The translations under genes and the position numbers were made by a program. The notes beneath the pieces were generated by a model. The model was not told the DNA's origin. It did not search any database and worked only from the letters and a program-made list of their open reading frames with translations. This document shows, in pieces, positions 53,494-64,000 of a stretch of DNA of 64,000 nucleotides. Every line of letters begins with the position of its first letter. Position 1 is the stretch's first letter. The DNA comes from Lytechinus pictus (lineage: Eukaryota): assembly GCF_037042905.1 (NCBI RefSeq), contig NC_087251.1, positions 7,192,001 through 7,256,000 of the forward strand, written 5' to 3'.

Positions 53494-53641
53494 CAATGTC
53501 CATGGGGTGAAATTGTGTCACATCATTGTAATAGACATGTCACATTGAATATCCAGTGAATGTATTCAATAATTTCTCTAGCATTCATTATACGACACAA
53601 CAGACATAGAGAAGACTGTTGTGGGGTTTTCATAGAATGCT
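53494..53641 (-). ncRNA. SNORA14: Box H/ACA snoRNA, SNORA14-like, copy C (POLR1C intron 53083-53725)
   Basis: 5' hairpin identical to copies A and B; H box AGAGAA and ACA kept; the pocket change AUCCAA to AUUCAA still pairs through a G-U wobble. Confidence 0.82.
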
Positions 53642-53725
53642 TGGAAATCAAGCATATTACCTCATTAATTTCTTACATATTACTTGAGAATGAATAACAA
53701 AATAAGGAAAAGAATTAAAGCTTAC

Positions 53726-53775
53726 CGTTTGCTCTTGGCTCCCTATAGGATTCCACTTGAAATGTTCAGTTGTTA
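53726..53775 (-). CDS. POLR1C: POLR1C small coding exon (50 nt)
   Basis: ttacag|TA ACA...ACG|gtaag; VTTEHFKWNPIGSQEQT, compare human VYTRHMTWIPLGNQ. Confidence 0.9.
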
Positions 53776-54312
53776 CTGTAAAATATGAAAAGAAATTTCT
53801 TTTGATACATGAAATAACACTTGAAAATATGACACATCAAAAAATTCAATAGCCTAGCCAGCATCAAAATATTCTGTGTTTGGTATATTGTGATTTTCAT
53901 CTTGTAAACTTTCATGTTCAATAGACAAAGTTGGGGAGAGATTGTGGAATTAATGAAAATCCATGCCAACAATCACCTTAACACATACACCTAGTACATT
54001 ATTGGGTTTTCTATAGATGACAGGCACTGCTTTGTCTGAAATATGTCATGAAAGATATGAAGATGGAAAATATTTATATTCCCTCTTGTATATCTCACAT
54101 CTTACATGTACTTTGAAGTCATCATATAATCAACTGCACCTCTGGCAATAATATCCTGGACCTTACATGAAAACTTTGTATAGGTACATATCAACATTAA
54201 TTATTTCCCACCATGAGCATTGCCATGATTGCCAACCATAAATGTCACCATCATCATCATTCTTATATTATTACGAGAAGATTGCTATTATAAATGATGA
54301 GAAACTACTAAC

Positions 54313-54432
54313 CTTTGGAATTCTTATAGAGTTCATCAGGATCAGTAGCATCTTTAGAAGCATTTGGATTCTTTGTACATTTCACTTTCAGTTGGAATTC
54401 TATTGTGTCTTCTTCACTTCCTGTTTCATCAC
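54313..54432 (-). CDS. POLR1C: POLR1C coding exon
   Basis: tgtag|GT GAT...AAA G|gttagt; GDETGSEEDTIEFQLKVKCTKNPNASKDATDPDELYKNSK. Confidence 0.95.
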
Positions 54433-55755
54433 CTACATTGAAAATTCACATTTTATAGAGCATTAGGACTAGCCTGCTAGATAGAGAAAGCCACTTAGGC
54501 TAGAATCTTCCATGTTACCATGGTAGTTGACATTACGGCAAAGTTACCATAGTTCTCTTTGAAATGGTCCCCAGATTTGTATTCCTTGTGTTTTCCAACT
54601 ACTAATAGGCTTATTTCTTAGGTCAAACAAGGATCAGGTTGTGGCCTACGTCTTGTGGCCAATATCTTGTGACCCCTTTCACTTCCTTCCCCAACCCTTC
54701 TATTGTGAACTACTTCTTTTAACCTCATTGCAACCAACATTTTTAGGACTAAGCTTTTAAGATCTCACCACAAAATCTCAGATCAACACAAATTTTGCAG
54801 TGACGTAAAATGGCTGTCGCTAAATGTAGTATTTGGCGGACAACAAAATTACTTCATAACTTATATTAGATTGTAAATTTTTGGAAGCATGCATTTTTAT
54901 TTTTTTATGATTTCCAGAAATTAGATGTACCGGTAATAATTCCAAAATATTGCCCACCCCCCCCCAAAAAAATGGAAGCCTTTCGAGAATGGCAGTATAT
55001 GGAAATTGGTGTCGATCTTCATTCTAGCCATGTGTTTCATCTTTTTCTTTCCAAGTATTATACATTTCTTCAAGACCATGATCACTTCACAAATGTGGAC
55101 AAAATATCACCCCTTTTAAGCAAGTAATATATGTCATGTGTGTCAAAGGTGATTTCCTCTATATGATAACTTCTTCACTTGTAATTCCTATCAACTGTTT
55201 AATTGTCAACTGTAAAATCACTGACTAGCACTACTTCCTGGAATAAAAGTTCAAATTCTATCACTTGTTAATGTCTTTAACAAAATCTTTGAAAATTTCC
55301 AACTATCTTCGTCTTTTATTGTATTTGGACATTGAAGGTTTGTATGAGTTCATATATAGTAGATGAATGAAGTCTAAACCAATTGAAAAAACACTTGAAT
55401 GATAAATAGAATACCCAGGGGATTTTTTTTCTTAAAACCCGGTAAATAACTAAGAAAATGAAAAAAAAAGAAAAGAAACTGCAAAACTATAAGCCCTGCT
55501 TTTTCAGGGGTTCTCCTTGTCTTTCGTTCAATACGTAATTCGTTATTTGGTGTGTTTCTTTTTCTACTGTAACAATGGTTTATAATTAACTGATTTGCAT
55601 TTATAGAATGTGAAATCACACATGTAAAACAAAATGTTCGGAAAGAAAGATGAATAAAATATCTTATCTATCTTATCTTATAAATTACCCACCCCCTCAC
55701 TTCCTCCTAAAAGAGAAGGAATTTTGGATTAACAATTACTTGGTTTCAATATTAC

Positions 55756-55888
55756 CTTCCTGTCTGTATTCAAATATTCTTGGATCAGCCTTGATAGGAA
55801 TAAGTCCTAATCTATGAGCGAGAACTTCATCTTGTATGATGGATGTATTATTAAAAATAAAGACCTTCTCAACTGCCATTGTTGGTAC
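55756..55888 (-). CDS. POLR1C: POLR1C coding exon
   Basis: atcag|GTA CCA...GAA G|gtaat; [44 protein letters not shown]. Confidence 0.96.
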
Positions 55889-56238
55889 CTGATCAAGATT
55901 TAGGAGAGTTAAATAAAAAAATATAATTATAATAAAAAAGATAATAACAATATAATTACAAAGATATATTATTTATACTGAGATATACAATTAACTTTAT
56001 TTTTTATTAAATGATCTGTTTTCTTACTGAACCATATTTTTGCAAAGAATTCAATATCAAACAGATATCATCTTTGAAAAAAAAAGTTCTTAAGTACTAC
56101 TATAAAGAGTAAAGACCCTCTGTCTTCTTTTATTTTTTAAACACATGATTCAACCGTCTTCATTATATCAATGTCCTTCTTTATCACTGTCCTTCTGCTT
56201 TATAAACTATTTAAAAAAGGTGAATTTGTTGTACCTAC

Positions 56239-56346
56239 CTCTGCAAGCAGAATCCTCCTAAATGCATTAGCTACTGCTGGATCTACTCCTACCATGTCAA
56301 ACTCTAGCTCAGTTTTAGTCAGCCTAATCACATCGATACGAAAGTT
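56239..56346 (-). CDS. POLR1C: POLR1C coding exon
   Basis: aatag|AAC TTT...GAG|gtaggt; [36 protein letters not shown] (RPB3/alpha-like signature). Confidence 0.96.
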
Positions 56347-56743
56347 CTATTTTCAAAACAAAACAAACAAACAAAAAGTAAAAATATGTTTTATGCTTAC
56401 TATAGAAGAACAATGAAACATGAAGATTGTGACAGTCGGAAAATGTATCCGATTTTTGGCAAAGATTTCATTATTAGACAAAGTAGACTTACACTCAAAC
56501 CTGCTGTGATGATATGCTAAATAGAGACCATGAAATTGTTTCCCTTGAGCTGTTAATAGTTTTCCTTTCAAGTGAAACTGTTCTGTACAGATTTGTAGTT
56601 CAAACAAAGTTCTACCTGCTCCACTTAGTATCTTGTATGTTTTAATGTATATAGGGGTTTTATATTTTAAAAAAATAATAATACAAGGTACATACAATTT
56701 AAAGTCACATCTCATTAGTTTTAGTATGAAATAATCATCATAC

Positions 56744-56815
56744 CTTGGTAAATTTGTCCATGCTCCAAGAATCATCACTTCCAACATAATTTCCAGGGAA
56801 ACTTGAACTGTGAAC
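56744..56815 (-). CDS. POLR1C: POLR1C coding exon 2 (exon 1 not found in window)
   Basis: acaag|GTT CAC...ACC AAG|gtatga; VHSSSFPGNYVGSDDSWSMDKFTK, compare human [24 protein letters not shown]. Confidence 0.92.
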
Positions 56816-57077
56816 CTTGTTTTAGAGAGTAGAAAATTAATTTAGACATAGATGTGCATCTTTTGACACATTGGTCCATGCGACTTTTAGTTCAAAAGGT
56901 GAACAATCTAACAAACTTTTTGTCTGACATAGTGATATTAAAAAAGAACATGTATGTGTAAAACTGGGTGGGGACAAATATCAGTCTAGGTTAGGGCAGA
57001 GTCAAGTCTGAATTATTTTATTTTTATTTCCTATTCCAAGGTCAAAACATGAATGGCATGACCTAGGTTATTACTCA

Positions 57078-57223
57078 TTAACTCTTTGTGCGCTGGACCA
57101 TGAATCCATCTATACTGAATTATTTTCAGGGAGGGAAACAATGCATTGTTTGTTGAGTGTGAAATGCGAAGTTCGCACGGCACCGAGTGTGCATTGGTGC
57201 GAAGTACGCGTGGAAAGGGTTAA
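57078..57223. mobile_element. Tiny piggyBac-like MITE
   Basis: TTAA-CTCTTTGTGCGC ... GCGTGGAAAGGG-TTAA. Confidence 0.55.
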
Positions 57224-57301
57224 AGAAGACCCCTACAAGACAAAGATGCATGGCACTAGTGAAATGGGCCAATCATACAATCAACAACTGATTCATTACA
57301 T

Positions 57302-59396
57302 GGGCGATTCCACACTAGAACTTCAAAAATATCATAAATTTCAACATGCTTTCAATAAGTCATAAGTAGTGTAATATTTTACTATGATACCTAAATTTTA
57401 TGAAAATTATGAGTTTTAACCAAAAGTGAAATCAGATTTAGTTTTTTTGGGGAAGAATAATGGAATTTTCAATTTTCAATAATTTTGCTAATTAAATAGT
57501 CAATTACAAACACTGCCTGAAACAATTATTGGCAAAGCACGAGAAGATTGAAAATATTGCAGGTCAATGGAACAATGTATCATTGATGGTTCCAAATGAT
57601 ATCTACAACATTTTCATGATCCATAATAGGGGCAGCCCTGATTTTTCCGAACCTATTTTTGGCAATGTCCCGTACGACACACAAAGATGCAAAAGTTTGT
57701 CCTACAATTTTATTTTTGATGATGCAATTTCACAGAATCAGTTTCTCTATCTTTGACCCATGGGTGATCGATTTATCCCATGAGGATCTAATCACAGCCC
57801 TTCATTTTTCAATAATTGTCCTATTAAAAGTTGTCCCGTACGACACACAATATATAATGCATTTAATGGCAGGATTTTTATTCAGAAACTGTAAATAGTA
57901 GGCTTATTTTAATTTAAGTAATTGATTTGACATAAAGTGGACTGAAAAAATACCTTTTTATCTCCATAGAACATAAAATAGGTGATTCTAATCATTTTAA
58001 TTGATGTCATGTAGCTGTATTCTTTTCCCTTCAGCTAAACTGGTGATTTCCACTGGTCAGAGCAGGTTAATTTCTTTGTCATTGAGCATGAAAAGAAAAC
58101 TTTTATAATTGATTCGCCCTAGCCTGGAAGATGACTTCCTCTTGCATGGAATTATTATAAGATCTAAAAAAAATTACATATCAATCAACTATTTGGACTT
58201 CCCTTGATGATCACTATTTTTTTTATATACAGTATTGAAACTCCTTACTTTTTTCAAGTTGTAAAAAAAAAATCTGGAAAATAAGACAAACCATATGGTT
58301 TCATGAAATGCAGAAAGGTTTGAAAAAGTAGAACCGCATTTCTTTATAGAAAAAAATATTTTGTGGAATTATAAGTGACAGTTGTGACATATATCATGTA
58401 TATATACATTTTATATGAAAAAATATAACATTTTAGCCCCATAATTTACACAAACAGTTTCATTCATTCATTGTTTAAATAGTGTATTGAAAATCATCAA
58501 TTAATTCACTAAAATATAACTTCACACAAAACCTCAAGTTCTTCAGCTTGGAAAAAATGCTGCGAACCCTTGTACATTTCCCATCATTAAAAAAATGATA
58601 ACATATTGCTCCCGATTGTATATAATGAGGTTACTTAATTATATTGTCCTGAATGACTACTTATTAAAAGACTTTTCATTAAAAATGAAGAATTTAGGGG
58701 CAATGCTCCCCTTCTAATTGATAAAAGTTCATTGTTTTATTCAGACTGCCCAGTACAACACGCAAGTGCCTGTACAACACACAAGTGTCCCGTACGACAC
58801 ACAAGTGTCCCGTACGACACACAAGTGTCCCGTACGACACATTATTTTGTTTATGATATATTGACAGAAATATTCAGCCAATTGCGGTTTCTAACATAAT
58901 GAATGTCTTTAGTTTGATAGGACTATCATTATCATCAGCCAAATAGAGTGATTGAAAAAGTCAAAGAGACATAAAGTAAGAAAGTTTGGCTTCAATTTAG
59001 AGGTGTCCCGTACGCCACAATGTTCTCGAAAATTGTAATTTGCTCTATTTATTCATGAATGTCTATTTTGCTTTCTTTCATAGATGTGTTTGTTCTTGGG
59101 TAATTGAATATCAATTTGAGTTCAGTTTCTATGAAAATTATCCGTCCAACTCACAGACTTTAGAGTACAAACTTGAGGTTTCGAAAAAACAACTTTTTCT
59201 GCGTCCGTACGACACATCACTATTTTAAATCTGTATTATACAGGATGTGAATTCAAGTCATGTTAAGTCTTGGTTTTTCTAACACTCTGGTAGTACTTGA
59301 TGATCACCTTTAGTTACTGGAATATTTTTTATTTTTCTTGTAAAAAAACTGTCAAATGTTCTCTAAATGTCCCGTACGACACGTATGGAATCACCC
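57302..59396. mobile_element. ~2.1 kb non-autonomous DNA transposon (Sola2-like) with dispersed TGTCCCGTACGACAC motifs
   Basis: TIR GGGCGATTCCA / TGGAATCACCC; 4-bp TSD ACAT on both sides; motif at ~57667, ~57833, 20-bp array 58748-58841, ~59005, ~59202, ~59368. Confidence 0.8.
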
Positions 59397-59821
59397 ACAT
59401 GTAACAATAGTCTAATGATGTAGTGATTATATGTCCTGCACAACTATAGTATAAAAGCCTTCAGGTCATATGGGAGTTTGTTAGGGACAAGTCAATAAAG
59501 TCAGTGTCAAAGTTATATAAATTGGGGTGAAATGAAAGTGAGGGAACCGGGAGAAGAACCAAGCAATACCCTTCAACCAATAAAGGTTTAACTTGGCATT
59601 GCTAGTGACATTCAGCACAATTTCACAAAACAATATAAGGGTGATGATGACATGACACAGAATTGAAAACTGGAGTAGCCTGGAGTGGAATCAGTATCGG
59701 ATGCAGTAGGGGTAAGGCTCCAACCCCTAGAGGAAAAATGTGAAATGTTTTAGGGCATGCTGTCGAGGGTGTGAAAGACTTATTTTGCTTGTCGTTACCA
59801 ACTACTGACTACTACTGAGTA

Positions 59822-61404
59822 GGGGAGATCGGGGTTAGTTGGAACATTTTTGACAAAAATGGCTGTAAAATCCCAAAAGATATTATTCAAGAAACAATCA
59901 ATATATCAGCTTGAAGCATATATCTAAGGGCTTAAAATGTACCCCATAAAATTTTTAACTCTATTATGGTTACTGAAAAAAATCCACCTTGAACAAGACC
60001 ATCGCAAACGTTCCAACTTACCCCATATCGGGGTAAGTTGGAACATGGTATGGGGTAAGTTGGAACACTGCATGGTCAATTAAGAATTATACTAAAACTA
60101 CTTAAAACTGTAATATTACATGGTTTTAGCCTATTTGCTTTACTTTTTTCAAGTTCAAAATATTTAAAGTGTGGATTTGTTGAACTTTATGTTTTCTATT
60201 ATACAGCCACTCACGCAAGCAGACTGTGTAGTAGAATTCTGCGTATTTGGGTGCGTTTGATTTTACATGCAATAAAGTGTACTATCAGCAATTTCATGTA
60301 CTTCTGCATCAAATTTACAAGACAAAAATGAATTGTTTATATTATTTTCATTAATTATGCAAATAAGCATATGAAATTTGCCCTAATTTTTTTTGGTATG
60401 TTTTTGCCTTTAACTCTATTTATTAAGCTAGTAGAATGCTAATTTTTGGTGAGAGTATCAATTTTCACATTTATAACAAATATCCACCAAAAATTGCGAA
60501 AAATATAAATTCTTATGTATTTTTTTTTTAAAATAAATTCTATTTCTTTGTTTTTTAGAACCTTTGTTTTTTCCGATGAACTTTGTCGGGACTTTTTTGC
60601 GATCATAAATAGCATAAAATAAATCTATTTGAACCAACAAAAGTAAAAAATAATCATACATTTATGACTTTTGGTTGAAAAAAACAATTTGCATTGACCT
60701 TGTACATGGAATCACGTTTTTGAGCAATTTTGGGTCCGTCATGCACGTACAAAATGTTGCGTAATTTTGATACCACGCACACAGGCATAATTAAATTGAC
60801 CCCCCCCCCCAGTTTGATAAGGGTTAATATTGCATTAAGGGTCTACAATGGGCCTTAAATGCACACTCAGACCTGACTGATAAACAAAACAAGCATGGTA
60901 TCTACAATACATGTTCAGAAGAGTGTGAAATACTTTATATATTTTTTTCTCATATCCAATGTTTTTATTCATAATTATGTTTGGGGTAAGTTGGAACATG
61001 TTCCAACTAGCCCCTTCAATTTTGTTCCAACTAACCCCGGAGGCCCATTTGACGTTTATAAGCTTACAGCACAAAAAAGGGACTTCACCATGCCATACTC
61101 ATAACCTCATTTTGTAGCTTGGTACAAGTGTCTATTATACCCCCAAACTGGCCAACTTGATCTATAAACTTCTCCGAGATAATAAAACATTTCTGAAAGA
61201 GAAAAAAATTACTCAGAAGGTCAAAAAACAAAAATTCCTTTCTAACTTCACCAGGCTTGTTGCACATGTGTTGTCTGTAATATGGTGGATGGCTGTTGAT
61301 AATGACAATAAATTGAGGGCATATTGCAGAAATTTATTTAAAGACGTTAAAGAAAATTACAATGTTTCAACTTACCCCGTGTTCCAACTAACCCCGGTCT
61401 CCCC
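59822..61404. mobile_element. Non-autonomous pogo/Tc1-mariner-like element
   Basis: TA-GGGGAGATCGGGGTTAGTTGGAAC / GTTCCAACTAACCCCGGTCTCCCC-TA; multiple internal ggggtaagttggaaca subterminal repeats. Confidence 0.85.
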
Positions 61405-61833
61405 TACTGCTGGGTGATCATGCATGATCTGCAAGCTGCTGGAGAGGAGGCGTTTGGAGGGTAACATTGGTAACTGTGCCTTAGCAAAGTTTTAAATCTC
61501 TAAATGGTTCTGCAAGGCACCTGGTTGGGCTAAATTTTGGACTAACATCCTCCCTAGCACGGAGGTATTAGGAGAGTAAAAATCATTGGCTGTTGGCTGA
61601 TGTGAGGTCACTCTCCTAGATGTTTAGCACTTGTTGGTCTATGGGCCTAGTATCAGTCAGCCTGATGATCTAAATCGAAACAATTATGGTTTCAATTATC
61701 TTTTTTCAATAATCTAACCGTCTCTAACCTCTGCCAGTGGGAAATGGTATTCCAGTCCTCGTTTACATGCAGTTATTTTTTTTTACAACATGCAATCGAT
61801 ACAAACAAGTGCCATGCAGGTGTCTCACCAGAG

Positions 61834-62614
61834 TAGGGACAGTTATTTTCCATTTAAAAAAAAATGCCTTTTCCGTTTAAGAAAATCCTAAATTCCGTTT
61901 CAGCATGTCAGAAAACGGAAATTCCATTTCCCAATAGACTTTGTGTACAAGCAAAAGTAGCAATTCCGTTTACCCATTGAATAGCAATTACAACACTCGC
62001 AGTGGTCAAAAATTTTATCTGCCACTGTACCAACAACGCAACAGAATCTGTTCTAATCGGATCTATGTGGGTGCACAAAATATTTTGACAAACACATTTA
62101 ACATGAATACATCCTCACCTATCATAATATTAGCATTATTTTATGGTTAAATGAAATTTCATCGATAATTTTGGGTTTTTTTGGACATCGTTTTCAGCAG
62201 TCACGATTTTCGCCTATCCGCCATTTTGGATTTCAAGACCTCGATATCGTGCCGTTATATCTTCGAACGTAGAGGGCAGCAACACACGACCGCGTTGTTC
62301 GAACGATGTGTGAAGCCCAACCCGGCGCCCGGCCGGCTACGAGCGCTGGGTACGATCGAGTGTGATATCGAGTGCAGTCACGATGTGTGAATTGTCATGA
62401 TTATAGCGAAGTGAGATTGTGTTTTCTGGGGTTTTGTGGCCATTTAATATTCATATTTTGTTGAGATTTTGGAGTAATTTCTGTTGCTGTTCTGTGTATT
62501 TTGAGGAAAAATATGTTTTCCATGATTTTCCGTTTGAAATGCCACTTTCCGTTTAAAAAGGCCCTTTCCGTGAATTCCGTCTGTTTCCGCGATCGCGGAA
62601 AATCACTGTCCCTA
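61834..62614. mobile_element. hAT-like MITE with GC-rich core
   Basis: TIR TAGGGACAGTTATTTTCC / GGAAAATCACTGTCCCTA; repeated ttccgttt subterminal motifs. Confidence 0.75.
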
Positions 62615-63319
62615 ACCTTGTCTGCAATGTCCTACTGACTTCTGTAAATAAAACATTGATTTTGTTTTAGTCTTTATTCAAGATAAAAAAACATTACTGG
62701 TGATGTTGTTTACTTGCTGACCCTTGTCACAAATGTGTTAAGGGTTGCAACATTATCAGTGTATGGCAGAAGATAAGCCTGTCAAGACTTCCAGTCCCTC
62801 CTTCTAGTACTTAGTTGATGATAAATTATAACATGATACCTATGTGCCGCGCCACAGTCGAAATAGGGGGCACTGGAACTAAAAATTGGTTTTAAAACAG
62901 GGGTTTCCGGAACGGCTCTTGGATCAACGATTGCTAAATATGCTTTATGCTCTGGAACTGACCATACAAAAAAGGGGTCCCCGGAACTCATTAGATCGTA
63001 GGGGTAATTAGTAGCGGCTATGTAAAACAAGTGGAGCACTTCTGCCAATCTCACCTGCATTACGCAATTTAATATAACAGCAGTGCTGACTTTGAAAACT
63101 ACTTTAATTTATAAAGTAATTATACACAAAAAACACTATTCATGATATATCACGTTCATTGACCCATAATGATATTTTACCTTGATCATGTGAACTAAGA
63201 CTTGTCAGTGATACTCGATTACCCTGATGTCCACATTTCATAAACTTAACTACAGTGCGTCCCCCCAAAAAACTATACACTTTTGAAATGGCTGCCAATA
63301 AAAAATATATCAAATTGGG

Positions 63320-63845
63320 GGAAAGACTTATATATAAACTGGACAGCAAAAGAAAGTACCCACCCCTGTCAAAGGCCGCACACAAAAATTCACGACATAA
63401 ATATATACAATATCTGTACACAGGTGTGCGACAATACCCCTTACTAATCACATTCACATAAGCAATTGAATATCTTCATAACAAAGAAGAACTTGACATG
63501 CATAGCATCTTTGTCTCTGAGTCAAAAGTCCCACACAAAAGCACTTTCCACCAAGCAAAAATGGCTACTGAATGGACAACATTTTTTAACAACCAATATG
63601 TCAAAGTGAATGGACGGCTCATTCTGTTACATTTTGTGACTTTTGATTCAGTGACCAAGATGCTGTACATGTCATTTTATTTCTTTGTAATAAAGATAAT
63701 CACTTCCTGTTGGGTATGTGATTACTAATGGATATTGCACCATACCTGTGTACAAAATTGTTTATTTTTATGGGGTGAATTTTTGTGTGCAGCCTTTGAA
63801 AGAAGTGGGTACTTTCTTTTGCTGGCCAGTTTATATATGGAAAGC
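63320..63845. repeat. Imperfect long palindrome (centre ~63580), probably the core of a foldback element running off the window
   Basis: aaagtacccac...caaaggccgcacacaaaaattcac...tgtacacaggt vs acctgtgtaca...gtgaatttttgtgtgcagcctttg...gtgggtacttt; inner arms 63495-63540 vs 63630-63675. Confidence 0.7.
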
Positions 63846-64000
63846 CAATAAAGTCAACTTTCAAATGACAATGAAAAGTTGGAAATCTATTCATGCTTGA
63901 GTGAACACTTCCTTGCAAACTTGCAAAGCCAACCAGGGTTATGAAAATGAGGCTGGGCAGAAATTAGAAATTTAATGCATGAGTATAAATCATGAATTGC

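Noticed and set aside
49137-56743. Additional C/D or H/ACA snoRNAs in the other POLR1C introns
   Set aside because: No properly spaced box C/D pair or H/ACA two-hairpin unit was seen by eye; an Infernal scan is needed to exclude them
58748-58841. Short direct-repeat array resembling CRISPR repeats
   Set aside because: 20-bp tandem units with no unique spacers, inside a eukaryotic TIR element, and no cas genes
62200-62230. AAAATGGCGG on the minus strand as a possible POLR1C start
   Set aside because: Reads MADRRKS* with an immediate stop, has no similarity to the POLR1C N-terminus, and lies inside a TIR element
1-64000. Frequent TACATGTA palindromes and long G/C homopolymers
   Set aside because: Scattered throughout introns and TE ends; looks like a genome-wide compositional trait rather than a locus-specific signal

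Overview
Eukaryotic, AT-rich genomic DNA from an invertebrate deuterostome. The repeat families suggest a sea urchin; this is inferred, not proven. The window holds two convergent intron-containing genes. (1) On the + strand is the 3' part of PTK7/CCK4/off-track, a Wnt/PCP receptor pseudokinase: 11 coding exons at 19921-41221 encoding Ig2-Ig7, the TM segment and the pseudokinase. The signal-peptide and Ig1 exons were not found, so the first ~20 kb is probably intron. (2) On the - strand is POLR1C/RPAC1, the RNA polymerase I/III shared subunit AC40: 10 coding exons at 56815-49012, with exon 1 not found in the window. Three POLR1C introns each carry a near-identical ~150-nt box H/ACA snoRNA. Its 3' pocket matches the conserved 18S rRNA sequence GGUGAAAU-UC-UUGGAU (SNORA14-type), while its invariant 5' hairpin has no rRNA target I can identify. 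The rest is densely populated by non-autonomous DNA transposons/MITEs and one L2/CR1 LINE tail. Two near-identical MITE copies in opposite orientation flank the frame-symmetric PTK7 Ig2 exon. Nearly all short ORFs in the supplied track are spurious or are exon fragments.
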